Shown here: positions 1-8,996 of the stretch, one piece after another | Layout: every line of letters begins with the position of its first letter | How positions within the stretch are numbered: position 1 is the stretch's first letter | IMG/VR virus record: IMGVR_UViG_3300035687_000003 | Location: 9,410 to 73,409 of that record | Reading direction: 5' to 3' (one strand) | DNA length: 64,000 nt | Origin: a virus | The notes under the pieces: model-generated | Seen by the model: the letters and a program-made list of their open reading frames with translations, nothing else | Told to the model about the DNA's origin: nothing | Databases searched by the model: none | Made by a program: the position numbers and the translations under genes

Positions 1-721
1 CCGCGAGTAGTCGCGCTCCCGCGTTCGTGAGTCGGATATTACCCATACGATTCATGGTCACATGCGTCTCATACATCCCGTTGATCGCAAGCTCCGTCAG
101 ATCCGACACCCGACGGCCGTTTCGATGGATGCGTTGGTTGCGCCAGTCGCCTTCGATGGTGAGCCATCCAGCTTTGACCCAGGTGAGTGCCAAGTGAAGC
201 ACGGGGTCGACCTTCGCGGCGCTGGCCTGTAGCGCTTCACGGGAATCATTGCTTCTGCCCGGCCCAACCACGCCTCGGATCTCTTCAGCGGTATGCGAGT
301 TGCACACTGCGACCCGGCCGGACAGTGACATTGTGGGGACGAATCGCCAGGTAAGTCGCTTGGGTATGTCCCGACCGAGATTGACGTCGCACACGGCGCA
401 CCAGATGTCCGTCCAAATCGCGTAGTCGGCGCATCTTCTGGGTTCACTCATTTCCTTAGCGATCACCTTGGGATCAAACAATGGATCACCCGCCACCGCG
501 TACTCCGGATCGGTGACCGCCACAATGGCGTCGATCGACATGGTGGCACTTCGGATCTCGTCAATCGTGTGTGAACTACAGGCAGAGACGGGACCGGAGA
601 CCGTAGCCCATGTCCGCCACTTAACCCGTTTAGACCGAGTAGGGCCAAGGTCAGCATTGCACGCGACGCATCGCGTTGGATTCCAGTCGCCGACGTCGGC
701 GCATCTTCCCGGTTCACTCAT
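1..721 (-). CDS. Partial protein with two tandem CxxC...CxxH domains, runs off window start (absent from ORF track)
   Basis: Manual translation from ATG 721: MSEPGRCAD...CVAC...CSSH; second unit MSEPRRCAD...CAVC...CNSH from 451; no stop down to base 2. Confidence 0.7.
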   Translation of the reverse strand, partial: MSEPGRCADVGDWNPTRCVACNADLGPTRSKRVKWRTWATVSGPVSACSSHTIDEIRSATMSIDAIVAVTDPEYAVAGDPLFDPKVIAKEMSEPRRCADYAIWTDIWCAVCDVNLGRDIPKRLTWRFVPTMSLSGRVAVCNSHTAEEIRGVVGPGRSNDSREALQASAAKVDPVLHLALTWVKAGWLTIEGDWRNQRIHRNGRRVSDLTELAINGMYETHVTMNRMGNIRLTNAGARLLA

Positions 722-878
722 CTTTTCTCAATTCCCGATCCTCGGCGTCCAGTGCCTTCAGTAGCAGGTACGTGATGGATTGCCCCATAAAACGGTGTGT
801 CCGCGCAGCGTGAGCCTTTACTCGCTCACGTACCTCTGGCGGCGGCCGGTAGATGATGGGCGATATTCGTTTCTCCAC
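714..878 (-). CDS. Arc-like ribbon-helix-helix protein, 54 aa, leaderless
   Basis: MEKRISPIIYRPPPEVRERVKAHAARTHRFMGQSITYLLLKALD; preceded by TTGACC-N17-TATCGT-N6-GTG. Confidence 0.65.
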   Translation of the reverse strand: MEKRISPIIYRPPPEVRERVKAHAARTHRFMGQSITYLLLKALDAEDRELRKDE

Positions 879-965
879 AGCGACACGATACCAGATGGTA
901 GCGCCCCGGTCAACTCCCGGTCGAACAGAGGACGCTAGACACGGTAGTACTACTGCGGTGAAACA

Positions 966-1415
966 TCACTCGGTCACCAACTGGCGCGTAGATCGTGGCC
1001 GGGTCAGTGCAATCACCGGGCAAACACGGCCCTCGTAGATCCGCACCGGGATACCCGCGGTCCGCGCAAGATCGATGCAGCCGCGGGTACCAGGGGACGA
1101 CCCGATCGGAAACGTCAGGCAGATGTCCGCCCCGAGCTTCACCATCTCAGCGTTGCGCCGTGGACCAGCTGCGCGGCCGTAGCGGTTCCAGTCCGCCGGG
1201 TGGCATTCCACGGCCCAACCCCAGGCATGCGCGATCTCGCCGGCCAGGGTGTCGGCACCACGGGCACCACCATGCACGATCACCGGTGGCGGCCTGCCGT
1301 CACGCACTTCGGGTGACACTGCCGCGGCCCAGTCACAGATCGCCCGGACAATGACGCGACGGTCGGCAAGGTGACGAGATCCGGTGATGAGGATCCGTAA
1401 CGGGTCAGTCGTCAT
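966..1415 (-). CDS. SLOG family protein (YspA/DUF2493-like)
   Basis: ILITGSR, VHGGARGADTLA, ADWNRYGRAAGPRRNAEMV, SPGT motifs. Confidence 0.85.
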   Translation of the reverse strand: MTTDPLRILITGSRHLADRRVIVRAICDWAAAVSPEVRDGRPPPVIVHGGARGADTLAGEIAHAWGWAVECHPADWNRYGRAAGPRRNAEMVKLGADICLTFPIGSSPGTRGCIDLARTAGIPVRIYEGRVCPVIALTRPRSTRQLVTE

Positions 1416-1675
1416 CTCAGTCCCCGGCGAGCTTTGTCCGCTTCAGTCATCTCCGGTCCGGCCCATCGACCGTTGCGGAAAAACATGACTCGGTCACCGC
1501 TCGGAGTAAAGATCGTTCGAGGATCGACGCAGCCGCCATGATCACCACGGGCACTACGGTGTCGATCGAACAGGCCAGTGGCACTGAAATCCCGATGACA
1601 AGATCCACAGTGAGCTGCGCCGATAGCAGTCCACGTGGCCCTGCAGCCGGAGCAGGTGATGGGCGGCTCAGGCAT
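1412..1675 (-). CDS. FDXHR-type phage zinc-binding protein
   Basis: CSGC...AHCGSCHRDFS...FDRHR...C. Confidence 0.75.
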   Translation of the reverse strand: MPEPPITCSGCRATWTAIGAAHCGSCHRDFSATGLFDRHRSARGDHGGCVDPRTIFTPSGDRVMFFRNGRWAGPEMTEADKARRGLR

Positions 1676-2102
1676 GCGCGCTCCCGTAGCGATTCCCGGT
1701 GCCACGATCCGCGCTGGAGCCGCAAACAGAGCTTCCAGGGGTACCAGTGCCCGCCGTGGCGTCCTGGAGGCTCTGAGCCGCGTCCACGGCGTCTGTCCCC
1801 CGCTCCAGTCGCCGCGCGGCCCACGTGAGCCGGTAGCTCGTCGTCGCCCGCGTGGCGTACCGGCTGGATCGCCGGCTATAGATCCAGCCCGCGGCGCATG
1901 CCTCGGTCAGCAGGCCCAGTGCGGTGGCGCGGGTGATGCCGGTCAGATCGCACATGAGATCCGCCAGATCGGCCCCGGTCGCCTCGTCGATCAAGTGCAA
2001 CTCATCCCACACGGCCCGCCAAGCGGGGCCGATCTTCTCACCCCGCGATGGATAGCACGTTTCACTGAAATCGGGGGCCGTGGTGGTGATCCGGTCGTTC
2101 AC
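1668..2102 (-). CDS. Hypothetical protein, possible winged helix
   Basis: Overlap-coupled with neighbours; TGADLADL...ATALGLL...AGWI...YRLT pattern. Confidence 0.5.
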   Translation of the reverse strand: MNDRITTTAPDFSETCYPSRGEKIGPAWRAVWDELHLIDEATGADLADLMCDLTGITRATALGLLTEACAAGWIYSRRSSRYATRATTSYRLTWAARRLERGTDAVDAAQSLQDATAGTGTPGSSVCGSSADRGTGNRYGSAHA

Positions 2103-2362
2103 GACAAGTCCCGCTCAGACCGCAGTTCACCCTGGTCTTCGGCCGGGGTGGCCGGCCCGACCAACCCGAGTTTGGTCAGCTCGGCTGTGATCGCATCCTC
2201 AGTCTCTCCGCCGACGATGAGTACCTGCAAGCCGGGCAGGCCGACGTCGATCCCGTTGACACGGATCGGTTGGCCGCGCAGCAGCCATCGAGCGTTGAGC
2301 CGCGACAACCCGAGCAGCAGCAGAGTGTCGCCATCGGCGGTGCGACCGGTTGCCTTAATCAT
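2099..2362 (-). CDS. Hypothetical phage protein
   Basis: MIKATGRT...LLLLGLS; overlap-coupled with neighbours. Confidence 0.55.
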   Translation of the reverse strand: MIKATGRTADGDTLLLLGLSRLNARWLLRGQPIRVNGIDVGLPGLQVLIVGGETEDAITAELTKLGLVGPATPAEDQGELRSERDLS

Positions 2363-2669
2363 GGGTTGATCCGCCAGGTATCTCCACAATCTCCTTATCG
2401 GTATTATTTTCATTCTCGGTAAACGTACCACAATGCTTGCAGTGCGGTGCATCAAGGCTCATGGAGTTGTGCGCGAACTCAGCAACATCTTTAAGCTCTC
2501 TACTGATCACATGGGCCGCGTTAATTGCATCACTTTCATCGCCGGCGTATCCGCTGTCCCATAGCACCAATGCGACGAGCCACCCAGGCTCACCGTTTCG
2601 CTTAGGAACGACGATCGTAGCGGGGATATAGCGTCGAATACTGCGCACAACCCAATCGGTGGGATTCAT
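2355..2669 (-). CDS. Hypothetical phage protein with C-terminal CxxC
   Basis: AAGGAG RBS before ATG 2669; CKHC near C-terminus. Confidence 0.55.
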   Translation of the reverse strand: MNPTDWVVRSIRRYIPATIVVPKRNGEPGWLVALVLWDSGYAGDESDAINAAHVISRELKDVAEFAHNSMSLDAPHCKHCGTFTENENNTDKEIVEIPGGSTHD

Positions 2670-2753
2670 GTTAATCTCCTTCATTTAGGATGTTCATGGT
2701 GACTATCTGCCTTCTTCCTGCCCTGAATGGCAATACGGACCGCACCGCCACTC

Positions 2754-5330
2754 CTATTCGTCCTCTCCGGCCGACGGGATGACCGGCCAACGGTCCAGGT
2801 GGTCGCCGCCGTCATCGGGGACGCCGTAGGCGCACTGGGCGCAGATGCTCAGGCCGTGCATGGTCCGGCTGTCACTGCCGCCGCAGCGGCGACATTCCAG
2901 CCTTGGTCCTTCGACTACTCCGGCGGTCGGCGCATCACGATCTCCGATGCCAGGACCGCTGAGCCTCGAGCTGTCGGTGGCGTCCCGTGCTGAGCTTCCC
3001 GGGCGTCCATCGCCTCCGCGGTCAGTTGTTCCACTGTCGCTGTCAGTGTCCAGCCGTGGAGATCCGCGAAGGCTTCCAGCCGGGCACGGATCTCCGGGTT
3101 CAGTGTGAGGTTCGTCGGTACCTTCCGGCGGCCCGCTGTGTTCCAGCTCCGAGTCATGGCCCCACCCTACTTTGCGCGCGCGCGTTTCGGTGTCAGCCTC
3201 GCGCGCAGGAACGCGCATGGCCCCACTGTCGCCACTGGCATAACTACCTGGTCCAGCAGTTAGGCCAGTGGCCCCACTGGTAGGCGCGCTGTCAGGCCAC
3301 TCCCCAGTGGGGCCACCAGTGGGGCCACTAGTGGGGCCACTGTATATATGCTGGTCAGCAGCAGTAGATACAGTGGGGCCACCCCGCTCCCCCGTGCGCG
3401 CGAGGCCAGTGGCCGCACTGGCCCCACTGTCAGGCCACGCCGGTAGCGACCAGTAAGTGACCCGCGGGAACCCCTCGGCCGAGATCTTGACCTTGAGGGA
3501 GCCGCGGGCACGGGTCAGCGTGCGCTCAGAGATCCCCGCCGCGTTCGCTGCTCGTTTCGCGTCGCTGGACTTCACCCGACCTTGCCCTAAGTAATCACGC
3601 AGCCAGTCCCGAGCCTCGTTGCGCTCAGACCGGTCAGACGCGCCCTCCCCGCCGTCCAGCAGGTCCCTGGCGTCGTCATCGGTGTCGCCCAGCCACGTCA
3701 CCTTCCCCACCGACGTCGGACCCTCTGGTGTGTCCACCGTGGCCGGCTCGATCTGCAACGCCAGCGACGAGGTGTCCATCGGTGCCAGGTTCGACTTGGA
3801 CCCCGTCAGGACCAGCCGGCCAGTGTCGGAGTCCAGCGCGATCGCCAGGGTGGACCGGGCGACCTGCGACCATGCGATCGACCCGAGAATCAGCTTCCCG
3901 GTGTCGCTGGATTCCCGCTTACCGAAGTGGACGATACCGAGTACTGCGCAGCCGGTCCGTTCACCCACTTTAGTGGCAATAGCTTCCAGCGCTTGACGCA
4001 TCTGGCGGTCTTTATCACCATCCAGCTTCCCGTCGATCACGCTGGTCGCCGCGTCCAACACAACCATAACGGCGTTATGTTCCATTACCGCTTCGGCAAG
4101 TAGCTCAGTGTCGAATGGCAATACGATCGATGTCGCCGTATCGTCAGGATTGAGCGCGTTAAGGAATATCACTCGCGTCAGATCCGCGCCGGCTGCTACT
4201 AGCCGTGGGACGATAGTGAAATCACGGGCATCCTCGGAGTGGATGTAGACGACCACGCCAGGAATCCCATGTGACTCACCCATTAAATCGCCGCGCGTCA
4301 CCTGTGCGGTCAATTCCACCGCGAGGGTAGATTTGCCTAACCCTTCGCGACCCGCGAGCAGTGTCAACCCGCCGAGTGGAATACGATTCTCCCAGAGCCA
4401 TCGCGTTCGGCGCATAATCACCTCACTGGCATACACGGGTTGCAACCGACGCATCGGTGGATTGTCGTCAGAATGACTTTCCAGCTCAACGGGACCCGCT
4501 CGGTGGCCGTTAGATCCTATAGTCGGCACGGGTATAAGTTGGTCGAGGGTGAACCCAGCGTCAAGATGGTCCGAGACATCAGATTTAGGCGTGTCTAGCT
4601 TGCCTCGGACCAGCCTAACCGACTTAGCTACACCGGTCAGCAGGGCCACTGTGTGACGAGCGTGATTGTATCCGGCTTTATCGTAGTCAGCTATTACGGT
4701 AACATTAGCGCCGGCAAGCAATGGATTATATTCAGACAGCCAAGACGGTGGTGATGCGCCGTCCTCGGTAGTGGTAGCCACTTTACCTAGAGCGGCCAAC
4801 CGATTGGCATCTTTCTCTCCCTCGCATATGAAGATATGCTCACCGTGAGCAACTCCATCGATCAACTCGGGGAGCCTGAAAAGCGTCTTGGGTACATTCG
4901 GGGGCCGCTTATAAACCCATTTGCCGTTCGGGCCGCGATGGCGGTAGATAAAGCCTTTATCTCTCTTACCGTCGCCGAGCATCCGGAGGCGCTGAAAACG
5001 TTCCGTACCATCCGGCGCACGGTACGGGTAGGTCTCTAGTATCGTAAACCCGTTTCTCGGGGCGGTTTCTCGGGGAGTAAATAAATCAGATTCTCTCAAT
5101 CCCAACGCAGCGCAAATATCGCTGGTACTGCATTCGGCACTGCGGCACTTGAGAAAAACGGTATCGAGTCCATGCTTATCAATGCCAGGGTCTACGGAAA
5201 GTGACGGGCGTCTGTCGTCATGTGCAGGGCATTGTGCGTCGAATCCACGTTTTGTGGCATGCATGGTGGACCCGTGTCGACGCAGTGCAGCGATGATACG
5301 GTCGAATGGAGTGAATGCGGCGGCTGTCAC
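2754..5330 (-). CDS. Primase-helicase: N-terminal Zn-binding, TOPRIM and RecA-type AAA helicase domains
   Basis: QCPAHDDRRPSLSV; FICEGEKDA; VIADYDKAG; Walker A AGREGLGKS; Walker B MVVLD; GIVHFGK. Confidence 0.9.
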   Translation of the reverse strand: MTAAAFTPFDRIIAALRRHGSTMHATKRGFDAQCPAHDDRRPSLSVDPGIDKHGLDTVFLKCRSAECSTSDICAALGLRESDLFTPRETAPRNGFTILETYPYRAPDGTERFQRLRMLGDGKRDKGFIYRHRGPNGKWVYKRPPNVPKTLFRLPELIDGVAHGEHIFICEGEKDANRLAALGKVATTTEDGASPPSWLSEYNPLLAGANVTVIADYDKAGYNHARHTVALLTGVAKSVRLVRGKLDTPKSDVSDHLDAGFTLDQLIPVPTIGSNGHRAGPVELESHSDDNPPMRRLQPVYASEVIMRRTRWLWENRIPLGGLTLLAGREGLGKSTLAVELTAQVTRGDLMGESHGIPGVVVYIHSEDARDFTIVPRLVAAGADLTRVIFLNALNPDDTATSIVLPFDTELLAEAVMEHNAVMVVLDAATSVIDGKLDGDKDRQMRQALEAIATKVGERTGCAVLGIVHFGKRESSDTGKLILGSIAWSQVARSTLAIALDSDTGRLVLTGSKSNLAPMDTSSLALQIEPATVDTPEGPTSVGKVTWLGDTDDDARDLLDGGEGASDRSERNEARDWLRDYLGQGRVKSSDAKRAANAAGISERTLTRARGSLKVKISAEGFPRVTYWSLPAWPDSGASAATGLARTGERGGPTVSTAADQHIYSGPTSGPTGGPTGEWPDSAPTSGATGLTAGPGSYASGDSGAMRVPAREADTETRARKVGWGHDSELEHSGPPEGTDEPHTEPGDPCPAGSLRGSPRLDTDSDSGTTDRGGDGRPGSSARDATDSSRLSGPGIGDRDAPTAGVVEGPRLECRRCGGSDSRTMHGLSICAQCAYGVPDDGGDHLDRWPVIPSAGEDE
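2915..3157 (-). CDS. Ribbon-helix-helix protein nested in another frame of the primase 3' end
   Basis: RKVPTNLTLNPEIRARLEAFADLHGWTLTATVEQL; TAGGGT-N6-ATG leaderless pattern. Confidence 0.6.
   Translation of the reverse strand: MTRSWNTAGRRKVPTNLTLNPEIRARLEAFADLHGWTLTATVEQLTAEAMDAREAQHGTPPTARGSAVLASEIVMRRPPE
3156..3430. repeat. Iteron-like GTGGGGCCA cluster, probable replication origin
   Basis: AGTGGGGCCAC at 3306, 3318, 3330, 3372; inverted TGGCCCCAC copies near 3157, 3218, 3269, 3418; central TGTATATAT. Confidence 0.7.
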
Positions 5331-5337
5331 CCTAGGT

Positions 5338-5832
5338 TCACCCTGGGCATCCCGCGACGGCGGCAGTCAGGTCCGGTGGTTCATAGTCCGGCCCCTTGAG
5401 GATCTTGCCCGCAGGATGCTTCACCGGCTGACCGTTCGCCGGCATTTTCGTCATGTTGGACCGGTGCACCTCAACCAACGCCGCGTCAAGGTCAATGCCC
5501 CAGGTCAACGCCGCACCGTTGATCACGTAGGCGAGATCGGCCAGGGCGTCGGCCACCGCAATGATGTCGCTGGCCGCTAGCGCGTCGCGGAGCTCAGCCA
5601 ACTCCTCCTCGATCAACGCCAGCCGCAGTGCCGCAGTCGGTTCGTCGCTAAGCGGGACACCGATAGCGACACCGAAGCGTCGGTGAAACTCGGCCACTTG
5701 CACAAGCGGACTCACGTGCACCGCACCAGGCGGAACGGGGCACAGTTCGGTACTGGCGCGCTCACACCGGGTCCGTGAGTCCCGTGTCATAGTGCGGGAC
5801 ACCACGGCTCCCGGAAGATCGTGTACATTCAT
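5338..5832 (-). CDS. MazG-like all-alpha NTP pyrophosphohydrolase
   Basis: LIEEELAEL...ADALADLAYV...EVHRSNMTK...GKILKG; true start may be nearer 5715. Confidence 0.85.
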   Translation of the reverse strand: MNVHDLPGAVVSRTMTRDSRTRCERASTELCPVPPGAVHVSPLVQVAEFHRRFGVAIGVPLSDEPTAALRLALIEEELAELRDALAASDIIAVADALADLAYVINGAALTWGIDLDAALVEVHRSNMTKMPANGQPVKHPAGKILKGPDYEPPDLTAAVAGCPG

Positions 5833-5892
5833 GAATCAACCGTCCTCTTGGCAGATGCGGCGGTGAAGCAAGTCAGGCAGTAGCAGTGCGGG

Positions 5893-5925
5893 CGACGGCG
5901 CTATCCGGGCAGGAGCGCCGTCGCT
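5893..5925. terminator. GC-rich hairpin, possible terminator
   Basis: GCGACGGCGCT-N11-AGCGCCGTCGC. Confidence 0.45.
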
Positions 5926-5930
5926 TGCGT

Positions 5931-6275
5931 TCAGGGGTCAGCACCGCGGTCCCGCAGGAATCGGCAGCAGGCGGGATCATGCTGCTGGATGATCATGTCA
6001 GTGATCCCCTCATCGATCGCTGGGCGTCGGACCAGCTCAACCCATTGCCGCGTGGTTGCACCAATGGCAGCCCGTAGCCGGACCTCCCGCGACTCACCGA
6101 GAAGATCGAGTGTGGCTAGTAGTCGAGTCACTATCGGCTCGTCGGTCTGCTCAATGATCGTTAGTGGGGTACCGCAGCACTCACACGGGACAGACTTCAG
6201 GTCCGACCATGCGCCGTACCGGAGGAGGGACCACGAACGCTCGCCGGCTTCGCTGGCACGGGGATCACTGGGCAT
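5931..6275 (-). CDS. Hypothetical protein
   Basis: Coupled to 6265..6492; CECC motif. Confidence 0.5.
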   Translation of the reverse strand: MPSDPRASEAGERSWSLLRYGAWSDLKSVPCECCGTPLTIIEQTDEPIVTRLLATLDLLGESREVRLRAAIGATTRQWVELVRRPAIDEGITDMIIQQHDPACCRFLRDRGADP

Positions 6276-6492
6276 TGGGGGTCTCCGCAGGGCAGCGCGG
6301 CAGGGCGTCCAACGTATCCCAGTGCGCCGTCGTCAGCTCCCGATGACGAGCTGCGAGCATCGTCACCAGCGTGTCGACACTGTGCCGCGCCGCAGCTGCC
6401 CGTCGGGCACGATCCGACCGTGCATCTGGGCTCATGGTCTTCGCGGCCGCATGGCCACCGAGGCGACCGGACTCCGCGCGATCCATCGTCAT
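6265..6492 (-). CDS. Small basic protein, leaderless
   Basis: GRLGGHAAAKTMSPDARSDRARRAAAAR; TAAGCT-N6-ATG. Confidence 0.55.
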   Translation of the reverse strand: MTMDRAESGRLGGHAAAKTMSPDARSDRARRAAAARHSVDTLVTMLAARHRELTTAHWDTLDALPRCPAETPNAQ

Positions 6493-6675
6493 GGCGCTAG
6501 CTTAGCTTGCTCAGCGTCTAGGGGTACCTGTACGGTGCAGATGCTCGGCGGGTGGCGTGGACAGCCACGTAATGACCAGGGTTAGTGCAGCGGGCTGGAT
6601 GGCTGTGTAACAGGGAGCCTGGCCCTGGTAGCCCCCGTCGGGCTCACGCGCGCTATCCTCGACGCCGACGCCACC

Positions 6676-6864
6676 GCATGACGTCAAGGCGGCCCCGGAG
6701 CTGGGCGAGGCACCGGGGCCGCCGTCATGCCTGCGGTACGTACTGGCGGACGTACCGCAGCACGGCCGTTCGACTGCCCGGCCGCTAGCTTGGCAGGACT
6801 ACCTCAGCTGCCGCATGCTAGCGAGTGCTACTCTCATCTTGAGGTACCGTTACAGCGGTACCTC
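6676..6864. promoter_or_regulatory. Five consecutive inverted repeats upstream of GntR gene
   Basis: Stems at 6676-6730, 6731-6760, 6763-6784, 6784-6822, 6841-6864. Confidence 0.5.
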
Positions 6865-6884
6865 CTCCTGTCCGGGGGACACTC

Positions 6885-7622
6885 ATGGCCAATGGTTACG
6901 AGGGCATCGCCGATGAACTACGTGCCGCGATCCACCGCGGGGACTACCCGCCTCGCGCGTTCCTGCCCACCGAAGAAGAACTCGCTAAGCGCTACCAGGT
7001 TGCTATCGGCACCATCCGTCGCGCCACCGACCAGCTCCAGGCCGAAGGCCTCATCGACAAGACCCGCCGGGGTAGTGAAGTGAAGCCCCGCAAGCTGCTC
7101 CGTCTCCTCGCCACACGTTACGACGAGATCACGCCGGGAGCCGGACCCTGGGAGAGGGCCTGCGCTGAGCAGGGCTACGTCGGGAATACTGTCGTGCTGG
7201 CCGTGGAGCAGCAGCCGGCTCCCGACGGCATCGCCGAGCACCTCGGCATTCCGCCCGGCTCACCGGTCGTTCGCCGCGACAATCACATGAAGATCGGCGA
7301 TGAAGTGCTGCAGCTGCAGACCACGTGGCTGCCACTGGCGATCGCGGAAGGGACCCCACTGGCCAAGCTCGGCAAGGTGGTCGCCGGCATCTACGGGGGT
7401 CTCATCGCCGCTGGGCACCGGCCCGCGACGGCGATGGACACTGTCACGAGCCACCGGTCGACGAAAGAGCAGTCCGAAGTGTTCGGGTTGCGCATCGGGA
7501 GTCCCGTTTCCCATGTTCACCGCACCACGTTCAATGCGGCGGGTACCGCCATCGTGCACGTTCATCTGGTGGTCAACGCCGACCGCGTGTCGCTTGGGTA
7601 TCCGCAGACCTTGTCTGTGTAG
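6885..7622 (+). CDS. GntR-family regulator with UTRA domain (HutC/KorSA-like)
   Basis: YEGIADELRAAIHRGDYPP..LPTEEELAKRYQVAIGTIRRATDQLQAEGLI; UTRA-like C-terminus. Confidence 0.9.
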   Translation: MANGYEGIADELRAAIHRGDYPPRAFLPTEEELAKRYQVAIGTIRRATDQLQAEGLIDKTRRGSEVKPRKLLRLLATRYDEITPGAGPWERACAEQGYVGNTVVLAVEQQPAPDGIAEHLGIPPGSPVVRRDNHMKIGDEVLQLQTTWLPLAIAEGTPLAKLGKVVAGIYGGLIAAGHRPATAMDTVTSHRSTKEQSEVFGLRIGSPVSHVHRTTFNAAGTAIVHVHLVVNADRVSLGYPQTLSV

Positions 7623-7860
7623 CACGTGCCGCAGTGTTAGGGGTTGGTGATGATGACCGCACCTCGGCCGGTTTCTCCGTTGGATCGCGATGAGATGGTG
7701 GTCACTGCGGTTCGTGCGGCGCTGCGTCGGCGGTTGCCTGCCCTGCCCGCGTGGCTTCTCGATGATCTGACGACGGATGTGGTGGTCGCTGTGCTGGTCC
7801 CGGACCTGCTGGGTTTGCCACGCCCGTGATCGTTTCTCATGCGAACGTGGTCCAAGTCAC

Positions 7861-7889
7861 TTGACAAGTGGGGTCCGATGCCCCATACT
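7861..7889 (+). promoter_or_regulatory. SigA-type promoter for leaderless gene, with palindrome in spacer
   Basis: TTGACA-N17-CATACT-N6-ATG(7896); TGGGG..CCCCA dyad overlaps spacer and -10. Confidence 0.7.
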
Positions 7890-7895
7890 AGAGAT

Positions 7896-8387
7896 ATGAC
7901 AGAGACAGAGACCACCATCCCGGCCGCGAATATCGGCACAACCGGATGGAAGCTCACCGGAATGTCGGAAGGCTCCGGCGGCTGCGACCACTGCGGCCGA
8001 TCCTTGAAACACCTGTACGCGGTAATCAACCCAGCCGGTGAGACTATGACTGTTGGCCGCGGATGCGTAAAGAAGCTCACCGGTTGGACACTCAACGCCT
8101 CGCAGGCAGCGCAGGCTCTTCGCAGTGCGGCCCGCGGAGTGGAGATGGATCGTCGCCGCAGCATTGTCGGTGCCGAATGCCCCGAGCTTGCCGCGGCGCA
8201 CGTTGAGCTGGAAGCCGCGGCCCGGACGCTGCGCGCGGAAGGGTTCGATCCCCAGGGAGCTTACGGCCGGGTCGGTCGTACGGTGGCAAACAATGCAGCT
8301 CTATTCACTCAGGCGACTATTGCGGACCATCTCTGGAACGGCAGTAGTTATGGCACCTGGCAGGAATATCTAGCCCGGAATCTGTAG
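7896..8387 (+). CDS. Hypothetical zinc-binding protein
   Basis: CDHCGRSLK...VGRGC; leaderless start. Confidence 0.65.
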   Translation: MTETETTIPAANIGTTGWKLTGMSEGSGGCDHCGRSLKHLYAVINPAGETMTVGRGCVKKLTGWTLNASQAAQALRSAARGVEMDRRRSIVGAECPELAAAHVELEAAARTLRAEGFDPQGAYGRVGRTVANNAALFTQATIADHLWNGSSYGTWQEYLARNL

Positions 8388-8423
8388 AAGGTATCCGCAT
8401 CATCTGATAAAGGAGAGAACGTC

Positions 8424-8780
8424 ATGAGAAAATCTGCTATTGCCAGGACGCCGACGGAAACCTTTGCGATTGGCGACAAGATTGAACCTAACGACTTACC
8501 CGGCCTCATTCTCACCGTGCTAGAAGTTACGCAATGCCCAGACTACTGCGGCGGCTGCTCAGCTTACGTCGTCGAGAACGACATCGGTGACAGGTACGCG
8601 CTTTGTGCGTATGAAGTCCATCGTGCGTCGATTCGCGGATTCGAGGGACTCTGCTCCAAGTGCGGTGAGATTTTCATCCCAGCCGATTTCGATGACCTGG
8701 AGCACCTGGAGCGTGAAGACGGAACTGAGTGTGGTGGCCCTGGAATATTGTCGAACGCTTACGGAATGATTGTGCGGTAA
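8424..8780 (+). CDS. Cys-rich hypothetical protein
   Basis: AGGAG RBS; CPDYC, CSKC. Confidence 0.6.
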   Translation: MRKSAIARTPTETFAIGDKIEPNDLPGLILTVLEVTQCPDYCGGCSAYVVENDIGDRYALCAYEVHRASIRGFEGLCSKCGEIFIPADFDDLEHLEREDGTECGGPGILSNAYGMIVR

Positions 8781-8820
8781 CCGGCGTACTTGTGAGTTGC
8801 GGAAGGAGACGAGGTGAATT

Positions 8821-8988
8821 ATGGGCCGCGTACAAGCTAAGTGTACTGTCACTGCATATCTTAGCGATCACAATTCGGAGCAAGACGATACCGACCGAGC
8901 GTCGTTCGAAAATCTAGTAGAACGCATCCGGGAGCTGGCCGATGATCCGCAGTACGAGGAGCTCATGCTTGATGTTGACCGGATGTAA
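8821..8988 (+). CDS. Small acidic hypothetical protein, 55 aa
   Basis: GAGGTG RBS; MGRVQAKCTV...DVDRM (manual translation). Confidence 0.55.
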   Translation: MGRVQAKCTVTAYLSDHNSEQDDTDRASFENLVERIRELADDPQYEELMLDVDRM

Positions 8989-8996
8989 GGAGTGTC

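Noticed and set aside
97-717. Track ORFs 97..447 and 463..717 as paralogous genes
   Set aside because: Off-frame shadows of the continuous ORF starting at 721
8241-8253. GGGTTCGATCCCC resembling a tRNA T-arm
   Set aside because: Inside a coding ORF; no acceptor, D or anticodon arms found
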